From assembly GCA_002633005.1 (NCBI GenBank), contig NMRA01000304.1, positions 337,200-401,199 of the forward strand: DNA of 64,000 bases. The letters run 5' to 3'. Shown piece by piece: positions 39,701-52,700 of this stretch (positions are counted from its first letter, which is position 1; each line of letters opens with the position of its first letter). Position numbers and translations under genes: made by a program. Under the pieces are notes generated by a model. The model was not told the origin of the DNA. It made no database searches and saw nothing but the letters and a program-made list of their open reading frames with translations. This DNA is from Phoronis australis. Its lineage: Eukaryota > Animalia > Phoronida.

Positions 39701-42700
39701 CCATAGTGTATAATGTTGAGGTGATTCCATCATTTGTTGTCTATTGCAAACAATGAATTTGATATTATGTAATATTGCCTATGTCTAAAATTTGGTTCAA
39801 GGCATGCTGCAACCTTGAGGAAAATAATAATACATTCTTGTCACAAACTGGATAATTTTCACCATACATAAAGATTCTGCCACTTCACCAACAGCAAGGT
39901 GAGAAATTCAGTTAGAAAACCTTTCTGCTTGAGAAGAATCCTATGTTGACACCCTCACCGGGCGAGATTTGGCAATCGGACTGGTTTGCGTAGCTCAGAA
40001 TATGCCAGCATTGATCAAAGACACCATGTTGTTGAACATCGCCTCAGGCTGCTGATGTTATACTTCTCTAGATAATTAGGCATATCAAAAACACACAAAC
40101 ACTGGTGCGACAATAGCATTTTTAGATTTTCGTTTTGAAAATTTGTAAATAGCATAATTGTTTAAATAGTTCGTGAAAAGTAGATGTGATTAGGTTTTTG
40201 AATTTTGAAAATCAGACATGAAATGTGACTTTTATTACCTAAAACATTACTTAGTTACCAAACCACAGGCAGTAGTTGAATTTTTAGATAAGCCAAGTGT
40301 CATCGTACAATTCTTGGCATGGCAAATCATGAAATACTTCAAACTGGTTAATGGTGGTTTTTAAGCTTTGATATTGTATTTTGACAGAATCAAAGTATTT
40401 TCCTTTATCACTAAAATGTCGTTTTCAAAAGATCGAAAATGTTGGTGTCATGCCACCAAATGTTTTGTACTGTTGCCACCAGTTGGCAGCAGAGGTTGTC
40501 TGTCTCATGTCTCTGGCTTACATCACTTTGCAATAATCGCCCATAGTATGAAATTATGACTAGCATTTTGCAGATAGTCGCAGATGTCAGTTGTGTAGTA
40601 ATGTTCTGTTTTTACAGGTTTTACTCTGGAGATAAGAATCCTGGACAGTCTGGAGGATTTAAGCTCTCCTGGACAGCAGTAACACTACCTTCCTCTGGTA
40701 GGCACAGACGGGGGTCGAATTTTAGAAGAACTTCTAGTTGTTTGAAGCACTGTAGTTTCAGTAACAGGAAACAATGCGAATCTATTCCTTTGAACATTAA
40801 TTGGTGCTTAAGTATAAGTATCTGCAGTCACCGTTTAATTAAGCAAAATCGTGAAACTGTTACAAACCTGGCAACCATTGCAATATCTACATAGAGTCTG
40901 CACTTTGTTCAGGCTACGTTGAATCGTGAAATTTGTTTTTTATTTGCCAAAATTCTCTTACATCGTTTTTGAACCTCAGCATGATAAATGCATGATTGCC
41001 CAATTAATGGCATTGTTAAGCTTAACTTTGCATAATGGCTACACTCTGCTGCGTTGGTTTCTAAGTTATTTGGTCGAAGAATTGTTTGCCAGTCACATTG
41101 CCGATATTATATGTAAGTGGAAATTTATTTTGAACATTTTCTCAAAAAATATCACAAAAATTTTAGCCTATTTCTTATTTGGTTTTTACTGTTCAGATGG
41201 CTGGGGGTCACTCATATTAAAAAGGTGCCTGCAGGCGTATACCAAAAATTGCTGAGAGACCCCGTATTGCAGGTGCTACTGGTCTGTTAATTCCTGCTCC
41301 CTTTTGTGAGGTAGATTTTTCTGCCTCACCCCCTTTTGCGAGGTAGCTTTTTTCTGCTCCACCCCTTTTGCGGGGACGAAATGGAAATTTAGGGGCCTGT
41401 TAGACCCTGCACGGGACCCGTAAAACTTGCAGAAAAACTACCGCCTACCCACACCTTGTCAGTGTGAGTGATCCCGGGGGTTCACATATAATATAATATA
41501 TGATAATATTCCCATAGTTTGCCACAAATGATTAGACTTTATAGTACTGAAAAATGACAATTTTGACAATACCTTTTATACAGAGGAAGTGAAGAATTGC
41601 AGTTATTTGAATTTTAACTATTTTTGTACTTATTCCAGCTGGTGCTTGTCCTGGTTTCTACTGTGAAGGTGGTAAGGTGTGTCTTGACGTGAGTGGACAG
41701 CTGTGTAGACCATTGCCACGGTACTGTATTGACCAATCACAAGCCTGCAATGGAGTACCAAACTGTGGTGCCATTGACTCCAGTGATGAAGAAGGTTGTA
41801 AGTAGAAGGATCCAGTAGGTTGGCTATTTAAAAAAAAAATTGTTCACTTAAAAATTCAAACAATTGTTAGCAGGAATAATAACAAGCTGTGGCGCCATTG
41901 ACTCCAGTGATGAAGATGGCTGTAAGTAAAAGGATCCAGCAGGTTGGCTATTTTTAAAAAAAACAGTGTTCACTTAAAAATTCAAACAGTTGTTAGCAGT
42001 GGAATTATGACAATGATGGTGATGATAATCATAATTTCTTCAGCAAGTTTTTGCTTAGGGCAAGTATTTGTATGTAACAGTATCCAATTGTCCAGGTATT
42101 TTTACATGTTTATAATAATTTTTCACTAAAAAAATTCAAAATATCATTTNNNNNNNNNNNNNNNNNNNNNNNNNNNNNNNNNNNNNNNNNNNNNNNNNNN
42201 NNNNNNNNNNNNNNNNNNNNNNNNNNNNNNNNNNNNNNNNNNNNNNNNNNNNNNNNNNNNNNNNNNNNNNNNNNNNNNNNNNNNNNNNNNNNNNNNNNNN
42301 NNNNNNNNNNNNNNNNNNNNNNNNNNNNNNNNNNNNNNNNNNNNNNNNNNNNNNNNNNNNNNNNNNNNNNNNNNNNNNNNNNNNNNNNNNNNNNNNNNNN
42401 NNNNNNNNNNNNNNNNNNNNNNNNNNNNNNNNNNNNNNNNNNNNNNNNNNNNNNNNNNNNNNNNNNNNNNNNNNNNNNNNNNNNNNNNNNNNNNNNNNNN
42501 NNNNNNNNNNNNNNNNNNNNNNNNNNNNNNNNNNNNNNNNNNNNNNNNNNNNNNNNNNNNNNNNNNNNNNNNNNNNNNNNNNNNNNNNNNNNNNNNNNNN
42601 NNNNNNNNNNNNNNNNNNNNNNNNNNNNNNNNNNNNNNNNNNNNNNNNNNNNNNNNNNNNNNNNNNNNNNNNNNNNNNNNNNNNNNNNNNNNNNNNNNNN

Positions 42701-44762
42701 NNNNNNNNNNNNNNNNNNNNNNNNNNNNNNNNNNNNNNNNNNNNNNNNNNNNNNNNNNNNNNNNNNNNNNNNNNNNNNNNNNNNNNNNNNNNNNNNNNNN
42801 NNNNNNNNNNNNNNNNNNNNNNNNNNNNNNNNNNNNNNNNNNNNNNNNNNNNNNNNNNNNNNNNNNNNNNNNNNNNNNNNNNNNNNNNNNNNNNNNNNNN
42901 NNNNNNNNNNNNNNNNACAGGAATACTGATAATGGTGATTTTTGCAGCAGGCTTGCTGGGGCAAGCATTTGTAGTTTCAAACGACTGCCTTAAATTCTAA
43001 GCAAGTTGAGCATTGTTAGAATAGGGCCGTCCCGGGTTACACTGCAATAGAACTCTCCTTTGTCCCGGAGATTGCAAAGCGCTGACCATCATTTTGGAAG
43101 TCAAGCACATTTTCGTTTCTCTTGTTGATGTAGGGATTGCGAAGAATTTCAGACCATGCATCCACGGGTATTTGTCCAATTTATCAAACTTTCTCACGTC
43201 GGAGTTGCTGACCTCAGCACAGCAGTAATATTTCATTGGCTTTGGAAGGGTGAATAGAGTAGTGCAAGTGAGAAAAACTTGTAAAGAATCAGACAACAAC
43301 AAATAACACGTGAAACTCTAGTGGCTCAAAAACGAGGCAGCAAATGTGCTTGGCGGATGTTTACCACATTGTGGGTAAATACAGCGCGGAGATTTGAGTG
43401 TCGTTGTTTAATCCGGGGCGGCCCTTATGCCTTTTCATTTCTAGCAACTCCTAACATTGTTGTTAATACCTGATCTGTTCTTTTTCAAAACATGCTACAG
43501 AATGTGAAAATGATAAATCGTTATGTAGGTGCTATTCACGAAAAAATGTGAAAATAAACTATTATTATGTTATGTGTCCTAAATCGGTAAGGTTTTATTG
43601 TAATTCTGTTTAGGTTCAAAAACATTTCAGTACAAACCCGGAGGAAGGCTACACAATGAGATTGTCTTTTCTAGAAAGTTAATGTGCCTGGTGTATATCT
43701 GGAAATATTCAAACTAAATGGTGGCCCCTTTTGCAAAAATGGATTGTTTTAAAAGACAATTCCTAGCAGTGATTAAAATGCGTCATAGTAAATTATAATA
43801 CATTATTTGCTAATAATCCTCAATATAAGTTTTACCTGGAACTGTTTGTCACTTGACAGTATAATTCTCAGAAAGCATCAGCCTTCATGTTGCACATTGC
43901 ACTGCTAATCCCTGAATGAACTATGTTTTTTATTTATTATTTATTATAGTGGCATAAGGGTGCCAGTGAATAACAAATGCATAATCTCAAATACAGAATA
44001 TTCACCAATCCCCCCAGCCTCAATGGGATTACTCAGTCACCCTATAACGAGTAAACCATACCTTAATATGGTGTAATCACACATGCCAAGACAGTCACTC
44101 ACAACTAATTGATTATGAATGACCACAGGAAGGATAAAGCTCCCAGAACATCTCATCTCAGAAATGACTTATCAGTCAATATGATTTAAGCAATGTTGTC
44201 CAAAATTCCATTAGAATACTTGAGTGTGACATCAAGCTTTCATTCTGTATTTCTAGGTGATACAGGTGCTCTGTTAATAGTCTTGGTGAGTTCCGCGACT
44301 ATCTTGCTGTTTTTTGCCGTTGGTGTCCTCGTGGTATTACTATGCCGTTGGCTTGGCACTCGCTCGCAACTTCCTCCCTCTCCCACCTGTATCCGAAACC
44401 TAAGTCACAGTCCTACCTTGGGGAGGCGCTCCAGTCTACCACCAAAGTTCACTTCGTTTGACAGCGGGTTCAATTTTCCCGATTTAAAAGACGATTGTCC
44501 TGCTGCTAGTGCAACATTTCCACGCGTGGTTGCGAAGAAAATATTGAAGAAAAGGATGGAAGGAGACGTGGTGATCAGGAATGAGTTTGTTTCCAGAAGT
44601 CCCGACGATTTAACATTGCTCTCGAGGGAGCACCAGAAACGACCGACGACACTACCTGTAGTGAGGTTCACAGACGTGTCATACAAGTTTGACATGCGAG
44701 TACATTATAAGGTGGATCATAAAGTGGAAAAAGTGACAAAGAAATTGGCAACAGATGTTTAG
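33677..44762 (+). CDS. Multi-exon gene: type I membrane protein, signal peptide-CUB-CUB-LDLa-TM-cytoplasmic tail (NETO/SOL-2/LEV-10-like architecture), ~496 aa
   Basis: Exons 33677-33719, 34205-34385, 36821-37014, 38401-38586, 39250-39391, 40618-40697, 41639-41797, 44257-44762. All introns are GT-AG and phases match (1,2,1,1,2,1,1); total 1491 nt with no internal stop. The first exon/start is less certain and orthology is not established. Confidence 0.85.
34205..34385 (+). CDS. CUB1 first-half exon
   Basis: CDKFF...GVFSSPYYPNVY...CKYMF...VSLSFEVVNL; acag|GG ... GG|gtaggt. Confidence 0.92.
36185..36640 (-). mobile_element. Degenerate RNase H-bearing non-LTR retrotransposon fragment (intronic)
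   Basis: YTIIFATDSMAVLMKLQSG...VTWSFVPGHADVLINECADYLA matches RNase HI motifs (TDS; WxPGH..NExADxLA). Confidence 0.7.
36821..37014 (+). CDS. CUB1 second-half exon
   Basis: LCTEESIKIY...FCGQMIPEPFITSSTSVQVIY...GFFGTYEF; gcag|G ... T|gtaagt. Confidence 0.92.
37148..37520 (+). mobile_element. Older diverged relative of the 19449 element (intronic)
   Basis: ggggcgcttattgtaacc...gattcatcaaatttacg...ccagggtgaaaacttgccga...cctaagatttttaagttc is colinear with ~19500-19880. Confidence 0.75.
37945..38063 (-). mobile_element. tRNA-derived SINE head
   Basis: Minus strand ggaggcagtgTGGCCTGGTTGataag...gGGTTCAAGTCCcacc carries pol III A and B boxes but no intact cloverleaf. Confidence 0.65.
38401..38586 (+). 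CDS. CUB2 exon a
   Basis: CGESLVTGIGGVLQSPGWPDLY...CAWIIKVKPNQQILLSLRDMNL; tttttcag| ... G|gtaagt. Confidence 0.92.
39250..39391 (+). CDS. CUB2 exon b
   Basis: HCDIVHVSIYEG...KFCGKL...YLTSKSRATIR; ttacag| ... AG|gtataa. Confidence 0.9.
40618..40697 (+). CDS. CUB2 exon c
   Basis: FYSGDKNPGQSGGFKLSWTAV; tttttacag| ... G|gtaggc. Confidence 0.9.
41200..41478. mobile_element. MITE with GGGGGTCACTCA-type TIRs and internal ~33-bp subrepeats
   Basis: gggggtcactcatattaaaaagg / ccttgtcagtgtgagtgatcccggg; three cccttttgcgagg-like units inside. Confidence 0.55.
41639..41797 (+). CDS. LDL-receptor class A exon (missed by the ORF track)
   Basis: ACPGFYCEGGKVCLDVSGQLCRPLPRYCIDQSQACNGVPNCGAIDSSDEEG; ttccag| ... 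T|gtaagt. The final Cys is completed by the splice to 44257 (T+GT). Confidence 0.92.
41763..41999 (+). repeat. 124-bp tandem duplication of the LDLa exon 3' end and its donor site
   Basis: ctgtggtgccattgactccagtgatgaaga..gtaagta at 41763 and 41887. Confidence 0.9.
42150..42916. other. Assembly gap (N run)
   Basis: Run of N. Smaller gaps occur at 22960-22974 and 28362. Confidence 0.99.
43023..43425 (-). mobile_element. Harbinger/ISL2EU-like MITE retaining a THAP-domain N-terminal fragment
   Basis: TIRs agggccgtcccgggttacac / gtttaatccggggcggccct; internal minus frame MKYYCCAEVSNSD...HGLKFFAIP (THAP-like). Confidence 0.65.
44257..44762 (+). CDS. Terminal exon: TM helix and cytoplasmic tail ending ...KKLATDV*
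   Basis: ALLIVLVSSATILLFFAVGVLVVLL hydrophobic stretch; tttctag| acceptor; TAG stop. Confidence 0.9.
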
Positions 44763-47700
44763 GCCAAATAACCTACAGTTTATTCTGTGTTATGTTCTGT
44801 GGGTCACGTTTCATGCCAGCTCAAGCAAAGGGGGAGTGTTTTGCGAATGTGCTCGGGTCCTGTATAGCCTAACCTAACAAAATGGCGACCACGGAAGTGG
44901 TTGGTTGGTGAAATTGGAAGGTTGAGTTAAGGCATAGTATTCAGGAATTATGGGATGTATTCATTATTTCCGCTCCTTAAGTGCATATGTTCCGCTGCAA
45001 GTATATGGCCAATGCCTTGGGTCTGCAGAACGCAACCCAGATCTCAGTGTGCGCAACTAATTTTGAAGCCTGCATCTCACTACTTAAAGAAGAAAGCACC
45101 CATCTGAATCAGTCGACACAAGCACACCGTGGCAATGGTGCCACTGCATCACTGAAGCCAATTTGAAATGAGGAGAAAAAACAGTATGGGATGGATTTTT
45201 TGGGGAAAAATGGACGACTATAAAATAAGTCACACCTTCGCATCAATTTTTAAATAGCCACTCACTAGAGAATCAACTTTGCCTGTTCTGGCCTAATAAG
45301 GAAGTGCTGGGTAGCGTGTTACGTGCTATAGGACAAGTTGCTGACATCAGACTGACGTGCCACTCTATGGCTAATACAGAGTCAACTTAAGTTGGGAAAT
45401 AGCCGCGTCATAGCAGCAGCCACAGATACACATCGACCAATCAAAGTTATCGTCTGTTCCTGATTGGATGTCACTTGACTTATATCTACTAGACTGCCGG
45501 GCTGTTTATAGAATGTGTTGCTCAGCTGGTGAGCTGTCTTTAGGTCGGAGTGAGGAACTTTTGTCCATCATGTATGTGGCTTTTCAAGTCATAATTTAAG
45601 GATGCTTGAGCCTATCTTTGTGAAACCTTGAACGAATTCTTATGCACACTTGTATATACATGTGTGGGTGCATATTAATGTCATCTCTGTCCTTGCACTT
45701 GCAGGATTTTTATGAATTTTGTCATATTTGTTCCTATGGAGCTTATCAAGGATGACATTTAGTTTCAAACTGATCCAACTGCTGTGGTGTCAAATTAAAT
45801 TATCAAATTTGACAAAAAATTTATTGATGGGATGACAAAACCTTGCCAATTCTGAATGGATTTGACATACTTTGCCGTGCCACCTAAGGACCATTTTTGC
45901 TATGTTTGAGTCTGTTTTGGCGTCCACTGCTTTGCCCATCAAACTCCTCGGAGAATCAGTATGAAATTTGGAATATGTCATCCTATTGAGGAGAGAACCA
46001 ATGATGTTGATTTTTCTGGTAGTTCGACTACTGTGGTGTCCCCTAGTGCCACTTTTGTTTTTTGTTTGCCCCCATACTTACTAGCTGTGCTGAATCTTTG
46101 TGAAATTTGATATATGTATCCCTGGCAAATGTGGATTTTCTGAAGGGTCAAACTGCTGGTAATTTAGTTTTTGCCTCTGCCTCAATATCTAACTATTTCC
46201 TTTGTGGATCTTTGGCAAATTGATGACTGTGGTCCTATTGAGAAAACCCTGACTAATAACGATATTGGAACGAGTTAGCTATGTCAGGCAAGCATTTTAA
46301 GTTTTCCTTGTGTAAGCTTGATTTTTTTCCAAATTCCTCAAAAAAATCTTTGTGACATTTGGCAAGAAAGTTTATATGAACTTGAAGGAGATGATGGCAC
46401 CTGTCCAGTTTTAGTTAGGTTTGACCTATTCTACACCCCTAGTGGCCATTTTCATTTTCTGCTTGTTTTGTTCACCTCCCTGTCTGCTAAATTGCTTGAA
46501 GAGTCATCACAAAAGTTGGCAGATGCATTTCTACTTAGGCAAGCATCACCTCAATTCATTTTTGGCAGCTTCATTGTAGCACCCCCTAGTGGCAGTTTTA
46601 GTTTTCTCTGCTTCAGTCTGCCTCATTGTGTGTTATGTTTTTTCAAGTTGACGTATCTGTGAAATTTGGCAGACGTGGCTCTAAACCTACATGTACCTTC
46701 TGGATGAAGAAACTAACTTTTGATTTAGACCATTCACAACTATAAGATCGGTCTCTGTATGTTCATCTTAAACCTAGATGAGGAGCACTCTTTGTAAAGA
46801 ACTGGCACTTTATTGCTGGAGACCATGCTGCCGAATAAAATGACTCGCAGTGAACAGTGTATTTGTGAAGCCTGGTCTCGGCCAATAATAACCTGTAAGG
46901 TCTTTCTAAGCCTCGAAGTCACATCGACTTTCCCCAAAAAAAAAGTTGAAACCAATTTCATTATGGGTCAATTAAATTTAAGGTTAATTTTAGTGACGGA
47001 AGACAGGTTTATAGCCTCTTGAAGAAGATCATGGCTGGCCTTAATTTTTGGACAGATGTCTCCACAGCATAGTGACTTAAGGAATTCTTTTTAACACCCG
47101 TTTGGAGAACAGTGCATAGAGCAATGATCTGCCAATATGTCCTGAGGTAAGGTGTTCCGAATTTAGTAAAATTTGGACATTTTCGTCCAACCCTACATAA
47201 TCTTACAAGTTGGTCAACCAGAGTTCGGAGAATGTGGCTCTTAAAATTCTAATTAAACCGGCGTTTTCCTGTGGTATCCGTCGAAACAAATCAAGATCTC
47301 CCATACGGTACAAAAAAATCCCACCCGTCCTTCCATTCTCTAACCACAGCCGCTGATCAGTTTTTTCTGGGGAGTGATTAATTTTTCTACAACCGTAATT
47401 AGAGCATGCAAAAGCACGCGACTGGGGATTTTTGCAACCGTATTAAAGATCACGATTCATTTTTTCTTTTGTATATCATACGAAAAGTTGCTTTTGATTT
47501 AATTTTGTCATGTCTTATTCACCAAACTCGGGTCCAGTAAATTCTTAAAGCACATTGGCCAACTTTGTTACCAAGAATATGTAAGCATATGAAATTACCT
47601 ATTATTGTTTAGATCATCTTTAACTGTCACAGAATATCATGTAAAAGGTGACGTTTTATCCTAAAAATGGTAACTGTTATTTTTCACGAAGATCTACTTC

Positions 47701-50700
47701 ACAGTGGGTACTAACGTGCCTAACTGGTGGGCGTAACATAAAACCATCTAGACGTATTACAAAAATTTTGAAAGTTCCTTGAAATATATCCACATTATCA
47801 ATCACCACCCGAGCTACAATATAATACTAAAATTATGCATCTAAGACAAATGGTAACAAATATATGTTTTAACACTAGGCCAACAGAAAAAATGTCACCT
47901 TCTTTATTATAATTAATACTTTTCCTCTGTTTTTAAACCGAATTGCATAATAGTCGTGTCATTAGGAAACCAGTGTCAGCAGTTCTAGATGGTGTATATG
48001 AGAAGCATGAGATTAATAATTTTCTTCATAAATACTTATTATTTTTCATACTTGACAAATATTTGTTAATTCAAAAAACCAGGAGTGCTACCAAAATGCG
48101 AAAAATAGCAGTGTTACGATGAAACCCTTCATACAATAATTGACTGATTAATTAACTAATTAGTCAACTAATTAAGCGTAGTGTCAATTAACTTGGGATG
48201 TAAGATTAATATCATAAAGGAAATGAACCAGAGAGATTATATAAATGACTTCTTAAACCAGCAGGGAAATAGTTTCAATGATTCAAAAGATTGCTACCCT
48301 GTAAAAAACAAAGATTTTAGAACTTGGATCTCTTACAGCTCGTTTGCAGAATTTAAACAGGCATTCGCCCAAAATTATACATCTTTATGTATTAATTGGC
48401 CCTTTGGTGTCGTTTTGATAAATTACAGTCTTTTTTAGTAAAAATCCAGATGCAGTCACACAATGTTGGGTGTATTTGTCTTATGGTTAGAGAATGGGCC
48501 TGTACAAATATTACCTTGTCTTTTTGGCGCATAATTAGGTATGACCCTCTGGTTTTAGAGACTAATCAGAGCAAAAGCCTTGGCAAGTTTTGAAGTGCTA
48601 ATTGTAAAGCATTGTGTAATAACTACTAGGCTCATTCAATTTTTAATTTAAAGAAACAGTTTTTTTTAAATGATACCCCTTAGTGTTAAATGTTAAGGCT
48701 CCATTTGGGCAGAGTCGGTGAAAACTTATGAAGTGTCAGACATAATTTACTTCGTCTGCACTCTGAAGCTGTCAAGTGAAACACTTCCCTCAAGTTCATG
48801 ATCCACAGGTCCAACACACCAGCGTAAACTCTCCACAAGAACAGCAATGTTAAAGAAGAACTCTGAAGAGGGCTTTTGCAGTTCACGGCACAAAAACTAA
48901 TATCAAAGGTCTATTACAGAGATCTACCATATCAATGATGGCACTGCAGTAAAGCAGACTCGATGGCAATGATGTTATTTAAAGCCAGTATATACCAAAT
49001 CTGTGTTAAGAGACTTCAAGTTTCTTTGCAGGCTTCTTGCTCTTTCAAAACAATGTCGTTGCGTTTTACAGTCTCTGCTACTCACAGTTTGCCAATTAGG
49101 TTTGCGGGGCACCCAGTCATCTATGATTTCTGATTTTCAGGCTCTGGGTCGTCATCATTTTCGCTTTACTTAACCCCTTCGGTCGTAGCCAATTTTGCTC
49201 CACTCCCCTCATAAAATGTTCTGCTTAGGTCAAATTTTTTAGAAACAAAAATTACAAAAGTTTTGCCAAAATCATTTAATGAACGTTGCTGTTTGATGAC
49301 CGTATCGATTTTCAAAATGTCAGTCTTCATCAAAATTCATTGAAGCTTCAATTTCCTAGAAGATTAATTCATAAATATCAAAAAAAAGCATTCATGGATC
49401 AGTCGATTTTCATAGGTACATAAATTGTGAATTATAAATCAACAAACCCTTGTAGGTTACACTTGGCGCCAGTGTTGAGCCTTCACACATGCACGCACAC
49501 ACGCACGCACACACGCACGTGTGCTTGTGTAAGGTGCAAAGTGACTACCTCGGTATGAATGCACAGCTTCCAACTTACCTGATTTCCAAGTGACTACCTG
49601 ACCCAAGTAGTCACTTGGAATAGCTAATGGAAACTACTTATTGAGGCTGTGGGATGTCATGGAAATGTTTTTTACCAATGGTGTCACTTCCAGATGCCTG
49701 ATTTTGTGTGAATCATTCATGCAGCTCCACTGGCCACACTTGCGACTTGGCATCAAGTGAGGTACTTATGAGGAAGTGTGTGAGTGTGTTGTTCACCTTG
49801 GGGTGGTTAAAGGTATCAGATATCATTGCTTGAGGTGCTGTTGAAACCACATGCTCTGAAGACATCAAACCTGGTTTGAACTAAAATTGAAGGTTATGCG
49901 AATGGTAGCCCCAACCTAACTCAATGGTAAGTGTTTTCATGGTGACATGTATGGTGTGTTTGTGGTGTGCGTTATTAACATTAGTAATGGCTACGAATGG
50001 ATCACTACTTTTGTATGGTTATCATTCATTTGTAGAATCAGTTATTCTAATTGAAATCTGAAAGCCTTGTCATTACGTATATGATGTTGTCCAATCCATC
50101 TCTGCAATTTAATTCCCAGGCCGGCTGGCTCTATCCAAACAGTGGGACCTTAAGGCTTCCACTGACCATCGACCTAGTTCGATTTTCAATTTTTAGCCAA
50201 TGCCAAACAGTGCGAAATTATGCATGAAACAACACTTTCAGTTGGTTTTAAAGTCTAATCTCTTTGTTTAACATTTGTTAATGTTGGTTTAGATTGTTGT
50301 GCAGACATGTGTTGTTGACGTTACTTTTTCTCGTCCTAGGTCAAGATGTTTAATTTACTTTCTTGAAACACTTTCTGAAAGGGATTTTCCAGGAGTACGT
50401 TGAGCACTTGTCTAAGGCCATCTAAAAGAAGATCACATCTTTTGACTTAACTGCTTCCAATTTCACAAGATTCTACGTGAATGTAATATATAACAAGTAA
50501 GTTTAGGAAGAAATGTGGTCAATGTCTTGTACAATATCTAATTTTCTCAACAAGAAGGCCCTTTTGTAATATGTATACTTGCAAAATCTTTGTGCAGACT
50601 CAAGTGAAAGCTATGCATTGAATAAGCCAAAGCTTGAGACTAGAAATCATTTCAACACATTTGTAGCTGTATATTTTGCAATTGTTGCCGATACATTTTT

Positions 50701-51949
50701 GTCACTTTTCATTGCCATTTTTGTGTGTGCTCAATAGAAGAGGCTTTGTCTTTTGTGATCTTACCTACTATTAGGTTTTAAGGTTTCTGCCCCTGAACCA
50801 CTTTTGCATCAACGACTTTTCATGACTGAATTTTAGTCATGTTCATGTAAGAGAAATTTCACTCAACCAGAGCTACAGCTGGTCATAAATCACTGACTTG
50901 AGCTCCTGTGTCGAAAGTATTACACTTTATATGTGAGTATTTAGGTTCTTGACCCCATAAAAAAGCTCCGCCAATATCTGTATTCTGAAATTAAATACAT
51001 GCGCCTTTTTGCTAAAAAAAGAATAGGCAACAGATAATCACCTGAAAGTAAAGCAGTGTCACATTCAATTGTACACAACACAGTTGATTGTTTCGTTGAT
51101 TAAACACATTCTTTAGGCTATAGGACCATGAACATTAAGCCATGAACTAAGCAGATATCCCTTAATTCATTTCATTAAGAAATTACAAGGAGTTATTTGT
51201 TAAAAACTGAGTTGTCCTAGTTGGGTTAATTCTATGCTAAACCTGAATTAAGAGTCTTGTTTCAGAGTTTACAATGCAATTCTACTATTTACTTATGTTT
51301 GTTTCAGATCTTTTGCCCGGTATATTTTGCCCATCTCTGGCGTATAGGGAATGATGTAAAGAAGAGTTTACTGCTTTGCAACAGTGTCAGTCATGAAATT
51401 AGTGACCGTTGTTTCCCAACAGTTGTGCCAAGAGAGATGCCGAGGTCAATGAAGACTTTTTCTGTAAATATGGTGAGTGATGGAGGAAATTGCCAACATC
51501 GATATTATGTCAAGTTGTAGTTTTTTAGTTTAAAAGCTTAAGCAACCTGAGATCAGGTTCTAAACTATTTAGTCAAAACTCCACTTGAAAATTTGCCATA
51601 GCACGGCATGGCATGCTTTTGAGTTAACTCAACACTGTTGTTGAATCCTTTAACGTGGTTGGCCAAGCCAAGTTTTGAGTTAAGGTTGGGAGATTAGTTC
51701 CTGGGCTCGGATGTATGTCCTACATATTACACAGCATAAGAACCATTATGGTTTAAACTGTCAAAGCCACTATGTAGAGCACGACCTCCCCATTTTTCAA
51801 AATTACATAGTTAAATTGGGGTACATGTCTATGCATAGAAATGTTTGCAACTGCTGAAAATAATTGCTAATTGAGAGGAATTGCAACAGCACTTGCCTAA
51901 AATGTGTCCACTGTTAAATCAGATAAGAGCACTGACATCCCACACAGTG

Positions 51950-52700
51950 CTAATAATAATACTAATATAATAAGAATAGTATAATAATAATAACAATAAT
52001 AATAATAATAATAACTATATTATAGAGTATGAAATACACTAGATTTTAAAAACATGCTTTAGCCAAAGGCTAATACAGCATGGTCCTCTCCCAGCAATAA
52101 ATTAAGTTAAATAAGTTAAGATAGATTACATTAGGTTATTTTGAATCAAGTGTATATTACAATTATCAACAAACTTGATCAGCTGCAACGTCTAGCTTGT
52201 TTGTGCATAACCTCTGCTTTTCCACTGAGGAACGTCTTCTGCATGCAGCCCCAGAAATGCTAATCGGTCTACCACCACCGTACATATACCTTGAGGGTGA
52301 AGCTGCATTTCGTCTTAGATATAATGGTCAGTGGGTGAAAACTCACATCCCTGATTCTGTTGCACACAGAAGCCACAGGAATGTTTGCAATAAGCTAATG
52401 ACCAAGACTGGTCAACTATGGAACATGCCTAGTGATGTCCAGATCACAGCTTTAAATGATGCAAACAATTTCTTCACGACAATTGGTGTTGGATGTCCTA
52501 CCGCAGAACACACCAGCCATCCCAGTCTCTTAAACATGAGTTGATGGGGTGTTAAAGGCACATCGATAATAAGTCTTGCCGCCTGCTTCTGAGCAGGATG
52601 GATAAAGCCACAGACATGTGATGTCATGTAAGTCCCTGCTCCAACCATTCCACGAACAGGTTGAATAAATAATAAAACCGAATAGCCCCGCCATTTTGTC
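51950..52700 (-). mobile_element. CR1/L2-type LINE 3' relic with (ATT)n tail
   Basis: QKQAARLIIDVP...LMFKRLGWL ORF2 C-terminal motif (~52520-52595); 3'-UTR stem-loop ttagcc-ttt-ggctaa (~52059-52073); (AAT)n run at 51950-52015 on plus. Confidence 0.6.

Noticed and set aside
42110-42980. Long ORFs of 284 and 278 aa in the ORF track
   Set aside because: Artefacts of translating the N gap.
47070-49820. Old TTAA-type elements and a decayed ORF near 48690-49160
   Set aside because: Termini and protein motifs are too degenerate to support a call.
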